The position numbers and the translations under genes are program-made. DNA of 64,000 nucleotides from a virus (lineage: Duplodnaviria > Caudoviricetes): positions 32,001-96,000 of the IMG/VR virus record IMGVR_UViG_2706796186_000001; one strand, written 5' to 3'. Numbering within the stretch: position 1 is the first letter of the stretch; every line of letters begins with the position of its first letter. The notes under the pieces are model-generated. The model was not told the DNA's origin and made no database searches. It saw only the letters and a list, made by a program, of their open reading frames with translations. This document shows, piece by piece, positions 27,506-36,995 of this stretch.

Positions 27506-28138
27506 ATGCAGAAAACAAACCGCCACACCCTCACCGTAAATATTGGCGTGTACCAGAATCCCAAAGTGCGCTATAACCGCCGTGAAGATAAAGTCTCAGT
27601 AACGTCTGGCAAGGCGGAGTTCGTGTGTAGCTATCTCGAATTCTACGCGTTGCTGATGTGGGCACGTCTGTGCTACCACGAAGAAGAACAGATGGCCTTC
27701 GTTGCCGGTAACACCCGTTATGAATTAGACCCGCCGTACGGCACCACACATCGTGACCGTATCAAAGGTCTGCTGGACGCTGCCAAAGGCTTCCTGCCGA
27801 TGCCAACGGATGAACCCGCAACGTATACGTGGGATGACGAAATCATCTACGGTAGCGATTTAGAGCACCTCTATCTGCGTAAGTCGGTCGACTCATGGCG
27901 TCCGGTGTTTGCGCTGCGTGTCACTTTACCGAAGACCCTGAAGCGTGACGATGGTTTAGCCCTGTACCATCAGGCGAAAGAGACCATCAACGAAGGGCGT
28001 GCCCTGCCCGCCGGTACCGAAGACATCAGCATCATCTACCCGAAAGAAGATGCGAAGTCGCCGACATACCGCGGCATCAATAACCGGAAAATCTTTGAAG
28101 AGTTTTCTGGGGTACCTGTGCCAAACGCACCGGTCTAA
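27506..28138 (+). CDS. Hypothetical early protein
   Basis: TAAGGAG SD; own promoter motif and terminator. Confidence 0.8.
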   Translation: MQKTNRHTLTVNIGVYQNPKVRYNRREDKVSVTSGKAEFVCSYLEFYALLMWARLCYHEEEQMAFVAGNTRYELDPPYGTTHRDRIKGLLDAAKGFLPMPTDEPATYTWDDEIIYGSDLEHLYLRKSVDSWRPVFALRVTLPKTLKRDDGLALYHQAKETINEGRALPAGTEDISIIYPKEDAKSPTYRGINNRKIFEEFSGVPVPNAPV

Positions 28139-28144
28139 AAGGCT

Positions 28145-28178
28145 ACCCCACCTTCGGGTGGGGTGCTCTTTCTTTTTT
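28145..28178 (+). terminator. Intrinsic terminator
   Basis: ACCCCACC-TTCG-GGTGGGGT plus T-rich tail. Confidence 0.85.
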
Positions 28179-28303
28179 ACAAATCCCCTTTTGGTTATGC
28201 GAGGGGGTAGGCCCTTTTATGTCTTTGGCCGATCGATCGGCGCTTGTCGTTCAGACAAGCTGCCTTATTGCTGTTGACCTTTATCGAGAATCGAGGAACA
28301 CGT

Positions 28304-28669
28304 ATGTTGGAAACAACCAGCTTTGCTTTTAAAATGGAAACCATCATCCACCCGGTGATGGTATTCAAATCGCCTACCCGCCCCCAAATCAAGCTGTTTG
28401 TCATGCTGGAAGATTTGGAAGCGGCACTCCTCGAACTGGGGAGTCGTGATTATCGCGGCCCTATCACTATCCGACTGGCTACGCCGTTCTACGGCAAGGA
28501 GACGTACGCCAACAGTCGAATGGATGGGATTGTGTTCGATGTGGAACACCGTACCGTTTCCACTGCGGTGATTACTGACAGTGTTGAGCTGTTTACATTC
28601 TCCCGCAGAACGTTCACCACGTACCTGCGTGAACTTATCAAAGAAATCAATAAGGATAAACAATCATGA
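28304..28669 (+). CDS. Hypothetical protein
   Basis: GAGGA SD before ATG 28304; ATGA overlap with DHFR. Confidence 0.7.
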   Translation: MLETTSFAFKMETIIHPVMVFKSPTRPQIKLFVMLEDLEAALLELGSRDYRGPITIRLATPFYGKETYANSRMDGIVFDVEHRTVSTAVITDSVELFTFSRRTFTTYLRELIKEINKDKQS

Positions 28670-29208
28670 AGTTGAGTATCATTGCTGCGACCGACCGTAA
28701 GAACGCCATTGGTAAAGAGAACACGCTCCCGTGGCGTTTACCGGCTGACCTCAAGAACTTCAAAGCCTTGACCGACGGCAAGCTCATCATCATGGGGCGT
28801 AAGACGTGGGAATCGCTCGGTTCCAAGTCCCTGCCCAACCGCCAGTCCATCGTCATTACCCGTGACCATACGCGCGTAACGGAAAACAGTCCTAACAACG
28901 AACGCGGTGTGATTATCGCCCCTAACCTTGCGGATGCGATTGGTTGTGCAGAAGCACTGGTCAAACAAGGGACGTACCCGGACGAAGTGTTCATCATTGG
29001 CGGGTCTGAAGTCTATCACCAGACCATCAAAAAAGCTGACCGCATTTACGTCAGTCGGGTGGACACGGTGGTGGAAGGGGCAGATGCGTTCTTCCCGGAT
29101 ATCGACCGTGATTATTATCAGCAGTCTATGTCGGTTCGTCACCTGAAAGACGATGCAGGTAACACGTACGACTGGCATTACCAAATCTGGGACAAGATTA
29201 GGGGTTAA
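28666..29208 (+). CDS. folA: Dihydrofolate reductase
   Basis: IG.EN.LPW.LPADL.NFK, IMGRKTWES, LPNR..IV, IIGG..VY, DAFFP. Confidence 0.97.
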   Translation: MKLSIIAATDRKNAIGKENTLPWRLPADLKNFKALTDGKLIIMGRKTWESLGSKSLPNRQSIVITRDHTRVTENSPNNERGVIIAPNLADAIGCAEALVKQGTYPDEVFIIGGSEVYHQTIKKADRIYVSRVDTVVEGADAFFPDIDRDYYQQSMSVRHLKDDAGNTYDWHYQIWDKIRG

Positions 29209-29229
29209 TTACAAACCCTTCTAAAAAGT

Positions 29230-29258
29230 GGGGAGCTTCGGCTCCCTGTTTTTTTTTT
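29230..29258 (+). terminator. Intrinsic terminator
   Basis: GGGAGC-TTCG-GCTCCC plus T10; same core as 9383-9399. Confidence 0.85.
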
Positions 29259-29326
29259 GCATTTGCGTTCAGTGATATGTATAAGCACAAGCAATGGCCA
29301 CCATGTGGACGGCCTGAGGGGATGAA

Positions 29327-30853
29327 ATGCAACAGTATTTCGAAGTGCCGTCACTTGATGTGACCATCCGCAAGGCGGTTATTGACGGCATCGTCTATCG
29401 ATTATTAAACGAATCGGGGATGGACAAGTCCGACGCAGTCTTCTTAGACTCGTTCAACACAGCCCACCAACCCGGCTCGACGCTCGGTGATGCAACCGAT
29501 GTGGAATACGCCTCGACTGACCGCGTCTATGTTGAAGTGGACGAAGAACGTGATGAAATGGCACGCATCAATCGCGGTGTGGGTCTGAACATTGAACTGC
29601 CGTTCTTCCACGATGAAACCAACGGTATTAAAGCGTGGCCGATTCGTACCAAATACAAAGTCACCATCACCTTCCGCCGTAACGCCCAGTCTGAGGACGA
29701 ACTGTTACGTTGGACAAACCGTTTGAACAGTTTACTGGACATGGGTCGCTATTCATTAGTGACGGAGTCCGAAGCTTACTTCGTGATTCCCAAACCCCTG
29801 TTCAATCTGCTGAATGCCTGCTGGGTCGCTTCTGAAACCCGTGTGCCCGCGTATCCTACATTTAAGGAATATCTGGCCGCCAACTTCGAAGAGACGGTTG
29901 GGGTAGTGGCCAACGACAGTGGCGGCCAGCAAACGCTGATGGTGCGGTATTCACCGACCCGCGTCGAGATGGTGTACGATGTTAACCCACCGGCATGGAG
30001 TAAGGAAGATAATCACTACGAAGCCACAATGACCGCGAGCTTCGAATATGACCGCCCGGAAGAAGTCGGGTGTGTCTATCCGTACATCATCAATCAGACA
30101 CCGTTGCCGGATGCCTACTTCCCGCAAATCGATCCGCCGTGGATGGAAAACGAAGACGGTGTCGAACGCAGCGAAGTGCAGACATCCTTTGACGGTACGT
30201 GGTGGCAGAATGAACGCCGTCAGTTGATTCGACTGCCTTACCTGTTGTGTCCACCAGAACAACTCCACCGTGTCCATTCGCCGTTAGAGGCAAAGCTTCT
30301 GCGGATGTTCGGTACCGATGTGTGTTTCGGTGAGGAGAACATGTCGAACCCGGTGGTGATGTCAACCTCTGACTTGCCGTATGAGTGGAACCCGGTACTG
30401 CTGCCGTACATCGAGCACTGCCGCACGATTGACCCGACGGGGATGACGGGTGTGTTCCGTACCGAGCTGTTTGAAAACGGTTTACGTATCGAACCCCGGT
30501 TGTACCACTGGCAGGATGATGAGTTCTCCTTAACCCGTGAGATGGATGTGCACAAAGCCTACTTCCTGACCGAGTCAGTGATTTACGACTGGCGGGGATT
30601 AGACCTCTGGCCGCTCCAGAAATACCCGAAGGCCGCAGAGCTGCTCATCAAGTGGTTGTTCCCGAATCTGGACTTCCCGGATTGGTGGTGGGACTTACCG
30701 ACGCTCCCGCCGAGTGCGTGGGAAGAGATAGAAGACAAAACCACCCAAGACGAGACCGGTGCAGGCACCAACCGCAAGCATTTGCTACTGACTGTCTTTA
30801 ACACCACCATCATTGCAATACGAGGTACTTCGAATGCTGCAAGCGAAGGGTAA
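29327..30853 (+). CDS. Probable virion structural protein
   Basis: 508 aa, first of a coupled four-gene block conserved in phiKZ-like phages (by synteny). Confidence 0.55.
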   Translation: MQQYFEVPSLDVTIRKAVIDGIVYRLLNESGMDKSDAVFLDSFNTAHQPGSTLGDATDVEYASTDRVYVEVDEERDEMARINRGVGLNIELPFFHDETNGIKAWPIRTKYKVTITFRRNAQSEDELLRWTNRLNSLLDMGRYSLVTESEAYFVIPKPLFNLLNACWVASETRVPAYPTFKEYLAANFEETVGVVANDSGGQQTLMVRYSPTRVEMVYDVNPPAWSKEDNHYEATMTASFEYDRPEEVGCVYPYIINQTPLPDAYFPQIDPPWMENEDGVERSEVQTSFDGTWWQNERRQLIRLPYLLCPPEQLHRVHSPLEAKLLRMFGTDVCFGEENMSNPVVMSTSDLPYEWNPVLLPYIEHCRTIDPTGMTGVFRTELFENGLRIEPRLYHWQDDEFSLTREMDVHKAYFLTESVIYDWRGLDLWPLQKYPKAAELLIKWLFPNLDFPDWWWDLPTLPPSAWEEIEDKTTQDETGAGTNRKHLLLTVFNTTIIAIRGTSNAASEG

Positions 30854-32165
30854 GGGTAAAACCACATTCGAGCCGGTTAAGACGGAACCCGAATACCTGA
30901 ATCAAGCTCAAGACGGCGTCAAGGAAAAAACCAACATCGTCACAGAGCCCACCAGAACGACCGTAGTCGATTTAGAGCGTACGCCTGCCGTTAACCTGCT
31001 TCCTGTCGTTGAAGGCTCCTCGTGGCCGCTGCTGGCGTATTATCGACGGTTAATGGGCAAGAACGACCCGAAGATGCTGTTCGACCCGAAACAGGACACG
31101 CCGGTACAGCAATACGACTGCATCCACTATCTGGAGCTGCGGGTTAACAGTCCCTTGTCGCGTGACCAAGACGGGGGCAACAAAACCTTCACCATGTCGG
31201 GCAGTGCCACCATGGCCACGTCCGTGGTACCGAACGAAAACGATATCTTCACGGCCTCCCTTGGAGATAACCGTGTCGGTATCTTTAACGTCACCACTAC
31301 CACCCGTAATTCGAACAACAAGGTTGCCACCTATTCCATTGAGTACACCTTACTCTTTGAAATGTCACCTGCCCACAAAGCCATACTGGACAAGTGTACG
31401 GCGCATGAGTTCTATTACGTTAAGGAACGTGCGTATACGGGTGGTGACACCTTACTCACCCCGAACGAGTACAACGCGTACTTGGCACTCGGTGAGCATG
31501 TCAAGGGGATTGAGGAGACGTACCTGCGTCGTTTCTTTAACGAGGACGCGCAAACGATTCTCTTCCCGGATGACCGTTACGGGTATGCCTACGATGTGTT
31601 CTTGGCGCAGTTCGTCCGGGACATTGGCCTGCGTATGGTGGGTAAAGATGTGCGTATCTATCCGCACCCAACCAAACCGATTCGTGATATCGAAACGCTG
31701 TTCACGGTCATCATCGCCCAACAACCCCTGTTCCTGCAAGATGTCAATCGCAAGAACAAAGGGTTGTCGGTGCGGTCGTTCCGTACCATGCAGACGTACA
31801 ACAACGTGGGTTGGTCGAAGATTGCAGTAACGCGCTACTTCTCTGACGATGCGCCGTTGCGTCAAATGCCTGCGGAATGGCCGAAGTTCGATGACTTTAC
31901 CAGCATAGATGTGTTGCTGGAAGGCTCGAACGAAACGGTGCCGGGCTTCCTGCCGTTAACGTACACGCCATACCTGCTGACTGACGTGTTTTACAACGGC
32001 GGATACAGCTCCGGGCTGGAGTACGCACTACAGCAGTACCTGAACAAACAACCGCTTTCCACAAAGCTGGCGCTGGATTTGGCGAAGCAGGTTCACAAGC
32101 TGCCGAAGACCGCGCAACTGTATTACGTACCACTGGTGTACGTATTGTTGAAATACGCGAGGTAA
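30834..32165 (+). CDS. Probable virion structural protein
   Basis: GAGG SD before ATG 30834; synteny. Confidence 0.55.
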   Translation: MLQAKGKGKTTFEPVKTEPEYLNQAQDGVKEKTNIVTEPTRTTVVDLERTPAVNLLPVVEGSSWPLLAYYRRLMGKNDPKMLFDPKQDTPVQQYDCIHYLELRVNSPLSRDQDGGNKTFTMSGSATMATSVVPNENDIFTASLGDNRVGIFNVTTTTRNSNNKVATYSIEYTLLFEMSPAHKAILDKCTAHEFYYVKERAYTGGDTLLTPNEYNAYLALGEHVKGIEETYLRRFFNEDAQTILFPDDRYGYAYDVFLAQFVRDIGLRMVGKDVRIYPHPTKPIRDIETLFTVIIAQQPLFLQDVNRKNKGLSVRSFRTMQTYNNVGWSKIAVTRYFSDDAPLRQMPAEWPKFDDFTSIDVLLEGSNETVPGFLPLTYTPYLLTDVFYNGGYSSGLEYALQQYLNKQPLSTKLALDLAKQVHKLPKTAQLYYVPLVYVLLKYAR

Positions 32166-32168
32166 GGC

Positions 32169-32711
32169 ATGAGCACGCAGAACAAGACTGCGGCATTCCA
32201 CCTGTTCCATTCGTGGGTCGGGTGGCGTATCCCGGAGTATTCTACCCTGACCGCGTATGCGACGCAGGAGTATGGTTTGTTTCTTCCTGAGGACAAACAG
32301 AAAGCCCGTGCTATCCTGTTGAACAAAAAGTTCGTGATGTACCGCCCCTTCGAGATTGCCCAGTATCTGGCAACCGGGGGTGCGTTGGACATTAACGATC
32401 CGCAAGACGGGATTAAAGTGTACGGCTGGATAATGGAGCACTTGGCAAACTGGATTAAACACATCGAGACGCCACAGCTGATCCCACAACCTATCCCCAT
32501 CGTGGGGCTGCGTGAATTCAACGTGCTCGCCAACAAACTCTTCCCCGTGGCAAACCGTTATGGTTACTTCAAAAAGCCCGAAGCCACCATGGCGGATGCA
32601 GTTGCGTCGTTGTTCGGGGAAGTGAAGTTAACGCAGCAACAACACCGGTTTAACGATACGCTGATTAAACGCATCGAAGCCGGGTACCGTAAACGTGGAG
32701 GTAATCGGTAA
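32169..32711 (+). CDS. Conserved hypothetical protein
   Basis: 180 aa, coupled to neighbours. Confidence 0.65.
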   Translation: MSTQNKTAAFHLFHSWVGWRIPEYSTLTAYATQEYGLFLPEDKQKARAILLNKKFVMYRPFEIAQYLATGGALDINDPQDGIKVYGWIMEHLANWIKHIETPQLIPQPIPIVGLREFNVLANKLFPVANRYGYFKKPEATMADAVASLFGEVKLTQQQHRFNDTLIKRIEAGYRKRGGNR

Positions 32712-34015
32712 TGGCCTATGGTCGCTTTCAACAGATTGTAAACTACCACATCGCGCAAGCGGCCGGATTGCCTCCCGTCGAGTACAACGCGGTGGTCACC
32801 GTGAGAGGGATTCCCCTGACGGTGATTCGTGTGCACTCCCTGATACACTCCGGGAACTTCTTCGAAGACATCACGACCCTGACCCATTTGACGTTGGTGG
32901 TGCCGTTCTCGCAGATGCGTATCGCCACCGCAAATTCCGACGGGGACTTAAAGGTGCAGATTACCTTGCGTAGCGCCAACCGCTTACTCGCCACGTACGC
33001 GTATCGCGGTATCGTGGTAAACAACCGTGACCCGGACATGGAAGCCCAAACCATGTTCTCCGGTCAGTCGGATGAGAAAGCGATTGCCTTCGTCACCTTC
33101 GAGCTGATGGATGAGTCCATCTGGTTCTTGCGTCTGCGTAACGTCAAGGTACGTCACCAAGAAACGGACGCCTTAACAGTCGCCCGTGCTATCTTGGCAG
33201 ACACGCTGCCTGACTCGTCCAACGAAGGGGAAGTCTTGTCGCTTGCCTACGAGAAAGAAGAACAGCAACTTTACCGTAACATCATTCTGCCGGACAGCAC
33301 GACCTTTATGGAAGTGTTTGATCAGTTGCAAGAACGTTATGGTATCTACAGCAAAGGGTTGGGTGTCTACCAACATTTGCGACGCTGGTATCTGTATCAA
33401 TTGTGGGACGAGGAGAAGTTCAACACCGCAACCGAGAAGGTGGTCATCTATAACCTTCCCCGCGAAAAGGCAGCCCAGATAGACAAGACCATCCACATCA
33501 CGCCGGGTGTTCTCTACCTGATTACCGGTGGGGACACCACTACCGTCGTGAAGACGGACGAGAACGCCCTGAATCAAGGGACGGGTTACCGTGTCGGTTC
33601 TATCCGTGCATTGGATAACCGTGCGTCTTCGTTTACACCGGGCGGTGTCAGTATGACCACACCAGACAAATTCGTTTCACAAGCTAACCCGGTGGACTAC
33701 GCCGGAAAGGTGACGAATGCGCCGGTGGCCAAACAAGGCTTTACCGACAACGACAAGCCGCTTCGTGCGAAGCTCGCCCGCTCAACCGGCACCTTTATCA
33801 AGGTGACGTGGAACCGCGCTGCACATGGTCTCATTAAGCCGGGGATGGCGGTGAAGTATGTCTATGCCAATGAGTACGGCATTTACAGTCGCTACGGTAC
33901 CGTTGTAGGTGAGGTCTTCCAAGCCGGTCTGGACGGTGGGTCGATTGCTACAGCGAACCACAATACCCAATCAGAACTTACCCTCTGGTTAGGGAAACAA
34001 AAAAATACAGCATAG
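32711..34015 (+). CDS. Probable tail/baseplate hub-type protein (phiKZ gp101-like)
   Basis: 434 aa, beta-rich, C-terminal LIKPGMAVKY segment typical of hub proteins; synteny. Confidence 0.5.
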   Translation: MAYGRFQQIVNYHIAQAAGLPPVEYNAVVTVRGIPLTVIRVHSLIHSGNFFEDITTLTHLTLVVPFSQMRIATANSDGDLKVQITLRSANRLLATYAYRGIVVNNRDPDMEAQTMFSGQSDEKAIAFVTFELMDESIWFLRLRNVKVRHQETDALTVARAILADTLPDSSNEGEVLSLAYEKEEQQLYRNIILPDSTTFMEVFDQLQERYGIYSKGLGVYQHLRRWYLYQLWDEEKFNTATEKVVIYNLPREKAAQIDKTIHITPGVLYLITGGDTTTVVKTDENALNQGTGYRVGSIRALDNRASSFTPGGVSMTTPDKFVSQANPVDYAGKVTNAPVAKQGFTDNDKPLRAKLARSTGTFIKVTWNRAAHGLIKPGMAVKYVYANEYGIYSRYGTVVGEVFQAGLDGGSIATANHNTQSELTLWLGKQKNTA

Positions 34016-34052
34016 TGCCGTTCTATGTTAACGTAACCATAAGGACTTTGTA

Positions 34053-34850
34053 ATGAACTCAGTTTACGCCCTCCGCCTACCTGGACAACTTATCCAGGAG
34101 ATTGAAGCCCACGAACAGAAAAACTTTAGCCGCCCGTCGAACCTGTGGGATCGCATCGTTAAAGTTTTACCGCGTGACGGCGAAATCGCACTGTTGTACG
34201 TCATGGCGTCCAGCCTTGATGCCAACGTGGCTATCATTTATACCCAAAATGGTGTGGAGCAATGTCGTCAGCTGCCGATTAGTGAAAAAGGCTCTCTGGG
34301 CCAACTGCTGTTCCTGCACTGCATGACCACCCTCCCGGTCTGGTCTGCGCTGCGTGGCCAGTACGATTTCGAATACATCTACTTCTACGGCCAGAAGCTG
34401 TCCAACGACATCATCGTTGGTGATCAGTCGACCTACCCGCGTTATGTTGAACGTATCACGCCGCAAGACACCGCTGATGCCGGTGACTACGAATTCAACA
34501 TGTTCCGCTTCCAGTTGGTCGGTGAATCCCGTGACCCGCAGAACACCGTGGCCCTTCGCGCTGCGATTCGTTGTGTGGCTCGCTCAACTACCCGTGAGCT
34601 GTCAACCAACATCAACGAAATCTTCCCGGTGCTGCAATACGGCCCGCTGATCACGTTCAACTCCTACGTGCCATTCCCGTGCCAGATTCTGACGCCGTAC
34701 GATAACGAGTGCACACTCGGTGCGGCGAAAGAATACGGTCTGCATGCGCAGGACGCTGTGATTGCCATCAGTGATGAACGTATTGTCATCAACGCACTGC
34801 AAGGTGTACAGGCCATGGACGTTCCGCCAATGACCGTGATGGGGCAATAA
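34053..34850 (+). CDS. Hypothetical protein
   Basis: 265 aa, TAAGGA SD, terminator downstream. Confidence 0.75.
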   Translation: MNSVYALRLPGQLIQEIEAHEQKNFSRPSNLWDRIVKVLPRDGEIALLYVMASSLDANVAIIYTQNGVEQCRQLPISEKGSLGQLLFLHCMTTLPVWSALRGQYDFEYIYFYGQKLSNDIIVGDQSTYPRYVERITPQDTADAGDYEFNMFRFQLVGESRDPQNTVALRAAIRCVARSTTRELSTNINEIFPVLQYGPLITFNSYVPFPCQILTPYDNECTLGAAKEYGLHAQDAVIAISDERIVINALQGVQAMDVPPMTVMGQ

Positions 34851-34860
34851 AGAATAAGAA

Positions 34861-34900
34861 GCTGACCTCCTTGTGAGGTCAGCACTTTCTATTTCTTTCT
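34861..34900 (+). terminator. Intrinsic terminator
   Basis: GCTGACCTC-CTTGT-GAGGTCAGC plus T-rich tail. Confidence 0.75.
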
Positions 34901-35016
34901 CTAAACAGAGAAACAACAGGACAACATCATTTATCGTTTATTGTAATAAAAACGCTCTACGTGCGTTACAGAGCGTTTAAATGCCATATCTGGCTCACTC
35001 GTAGTAAAAATAATCT

Positions 35017-35038
35017 CAGATATATATTACCTAGGTGA
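35017..35038 (+). promoter_or_regulatory. Putative early promoter
   Basis: CAGATATATATTACCTAGGTGA; contains TATATTAC, the phiKZ early promoter consensus. Confidence 0.8.
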
Positions 35039-35083
35039 GAGTTGTACAATAATCCTTAACTAATTACATATCTGGAGATACCT

Positions 35084-35263
35084 ATGAATACTTTAGAACG
35101 TATGGCTGCTGCACGTAAAGCTCGCATGTCCGAAAACAACCCACACGGTTATCAGTCAGAACAACTGCGCCACTCCGATGCAGTTCTGACTCGCAGCATT
35201 AACGAAGGCAAGAAAGTTGACGATGTACTGGCCAGCGCCATGGACCGTCTGAACAAATTCTAA
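35084..35263 (+). CDS. Small early protein, 59 aa (not in ORF track)
   Basis: GGAG SD; MNTLERMAAARKARMSENNPHGYQSEQLRHSDAVLTRSINEGKKVDDVLASAMDRLNKF; biased codons. Confidence 0.8.
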   Translation: MNTLERMAAARKARMSENNPHGYQSEQLRHSDAVLTRSINEGKKVDDVLASAMDRLNKF

Positions 35264-35299
35264 TTCTACCATCTCTAATCGACTATCGAGGACTACATC

Positions 35300-35437
35300 A
35301 TGTTCAAACACAAACGCGCTATCCTGACCATCGTTGCAATCATGGCCTTCGGTTCACTGTACTTATCTGTTTCTACTGACTACGACACCTGCCGCGCTAA
35401 CGGAAACTCCGTTAATCTGTGCACCGGTCGTGGTTAA
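35300..35437 (+). CDS. Small single-pass membrane peptide, 45 aa (not in ORF track)
   Basis: GAGGA SD; MFKHKRAILTIVAIMAFGSLYLSVSTDYDTCRANGNSVNLCTGRG; terminator follows directly. Confidence 0.75.
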   Translation: MFKHKRAILTIVAIMAFGSLYLSVSTDYDTCRANGNSVNLCTGRG

Positions 35438-35443
35438 TCCAAT

Positions 35444-35472
35444 AGGTAGCCTTCGGGCTACCTTAATTTTTT
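35444..35472 (+). terminator. Intrinsic terminator
   Basis: AGGTAGCC-TTCG-GGCTACCT plus T-run. Confidence 0.85.
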
Positions 35473-35493
35473 GTTTACACAAGGACTATCAAG

Positions 35494-36210
35494 ATGACCC
35501 TGTTATTGAATCGCTTCGACCTGTCACCCCGTTACCCAACTTTACGTCATGACCCTAAACTGATTGCCGAAGTGGAAGACATTCGCTTGGCGGTATCCGA
35601 AGACCCGAACGGCGAAGACAAGATTTTCGTGGTCATTTATAAAGGTCAGGTTATCTCTGGCGTCTCTTTCAGTAAGCCCAGTTATCCGCGTGATGAAGAC
35701 AACCAACGTGAGCAACGTAACGCGGCATACACTGCGCTGAGTTATGCCTCATCCCACCTGATGGCAGTTACCCCCATCTTTGCAGAGCGTGCGGTGCTGG
35801 TAGGTCAGATGGTCGCGTTGTACACCCTGACTAACATGGACGAATTCTACAACGACGATCGTATTACGCAACGCCTGCAAGAAGACCCACGTAAAGCCCA
35901 CAACGCCTCTGACTGCAAGCTCGATGCCTTAGCGCTGTTGTCTGAGCTGTATCACGTTTGCCCCACCTTTGACAATAACGGCATCGTTGCCCAGTACGAA
36001 AACGTCAAACTGAACGTACTGACCTTGTGGGGAATTGAAAAGATTCGCTACAAGCTGACCGCCAAAGGTGGCACGTACGAACTGACTGCATATGTCGATG
36101 TCGGCTTCGAAGAAGACAGCCGCGACACGGTTGACAATTTTATGTCGCAGTTTGAGTTCCCGCTGCAATCCATCCCTGTTGACCAGAAAGAAGAAGGAGA
36201 AGACGAATAA
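35494..36210 (+). CDS. Hypothetical protein
   Basis: 238 aa, AAGGA SD. Confidence 0.75.
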   Translation: MTLLLNRFDLSPRYPTLRHDPKLIAEVEDIRLAVSEDPNGEDKIFVVIYKGQVISGVSFSKPSYPRDEDNQREQRNAAYTALSYASSHLMAVTPIFAERAVLVGQMVALYTLTNMDEFYNDDRITQRLQEDPRKAHNASDCKLDALALLSELYHVCPTFDNNGIVAQYENVKLNVLTLWGIEKIRYKLTAKGGTYELTAYVDVGFEEDSRDTVDNFMSQFEFPLQSIPVDQKEEGEDE

Positions 36211-36602
36211 TGCGAAAGAGTCGTCTGTTACTGGCGTTAAAGTTTTTGTTTAAAGGTAACATTTTTAAGTGTCGTCACCGTATGGGACGTGTGAAGGATT
36301 TCCTGTACGGCCCAAAGAAATACCACCTCACAGAGCCACGTTGCCTGTGGGATGAGACACTCGACCACAAGTTCCGTGTGGTACGCTACCGCAGGGTATA
36401 CTGCTGGTACGGAAGACTCTACTCACCATTTCGTCGGACTCACCACAAAGGTCTGGAGTTGGAAAACGGGGTCATCGTGCCCCATGAAACCATCGCAGAT
36501 TATCTGGCAGCCCTGAAAAAGGCTGATGTAGTGTTTCCGCAATTAGTTGCGAACCTGAGAAAGGCGACCGACGAGTTGTGTAATTCACGCATCGAAGCCT
36601 AG
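36210..36602 (+). CDS. Hypothetical basic protein
   Basis: 130 aa, TAATG coupling. Confidence 0.7.
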   Translation: MRKSRLLLALKFLFKGNIFKCRHRMGRVKDFLYGPKKYHLTEPRCLWDETLDHKFRVVRYRRVYCWYGRLYSPFRRTHHKGLELENGVIVPHETIADYLAALKKADVVFPQLVANLRKATDELCNSRIEA

Positions 36603-36606
36603 TTGT

Positions 36607-36646
36607 ACCCCCAATCTCTTCGGAGGTTGGGGTCTTTATTTATTTT
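36607..36646 (+). terminator. Intrinsic terminator
   Basis: CCCCAATCTC-TTCG-GAGGTTGGGG plus T-rich tail. Confidence 0.8.
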
Positions 36647-36653
36647 CGCAAAG

Positions 36654-36693
36654 AAAATAAAAGTCGGTTACTCCCCCGGCAAGGAGAGTAACC
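36654..36693 (-). terminator. Probable minus-strand terminator
   Basis: GGTTACTC...GAGTAACC stem preceded on the + strand by AAAATAAAA. Confidence 0.6.
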
Positions 36694-36716
36694 TTAATCA
36701 CATTGGAGTGACCAAT

Positions 36717-36860
36717 ATGAACAACTTTGTAAACCACTTACTGGCGCAAAAGAAGCGCACTGAGCAATACAACCAACGTGTGGCCGAGGTGCAACGCGCC
36801 CCAGCGCCGCGCTCACGGCTTAAAGGCTTAGGGGGTGAAATAGTATTCACTAAACGGTAA
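36717..36860 (+). CDS. Small basic peptide, 47 aa
   Basis: GGAG SD 8 nt before ATG; MNNFVNHLLAQKKRTEQYNQRVAEVQRAPAPRSRLKGLGGEIVFTKR. Confidence 0.5.
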   Translation: MNNFVNHLLAQKKRTEQYNQRVAEVQRAPAPRSRLKGLGGEIVFTKR

Positions 36861-36995
36861 TTGATAAGATAACTAACCTAGCCGGTGTTACAGCACCGGC
36901 TAGTAATCCCACCATAGTAAGACGCTTATTTTTTTTGTCTCGGCAGGACACATAACTGCCCCTGCTGGAGACCGAAGTCTCCAGCTGAGTTAGGC

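Noticed and set aside
28666-29208. DHFR as an acquired trimethoprim-resistance gene
   Set aside because: No integron or IS context; DHFR is an ordinary nucleotide-metabolism gene in large phages
35334-35552. 72-aa ORF from the track
   Set aside because: Crosses a terminator; the 45-aa ORF at 35300 in another frame has the SD and fits the unit
36860-36995. tRNA-like element in the hairpin cluster
   Set aside because: No cloverleaf, T-loop GTTC or CCA end recognisable on either strand
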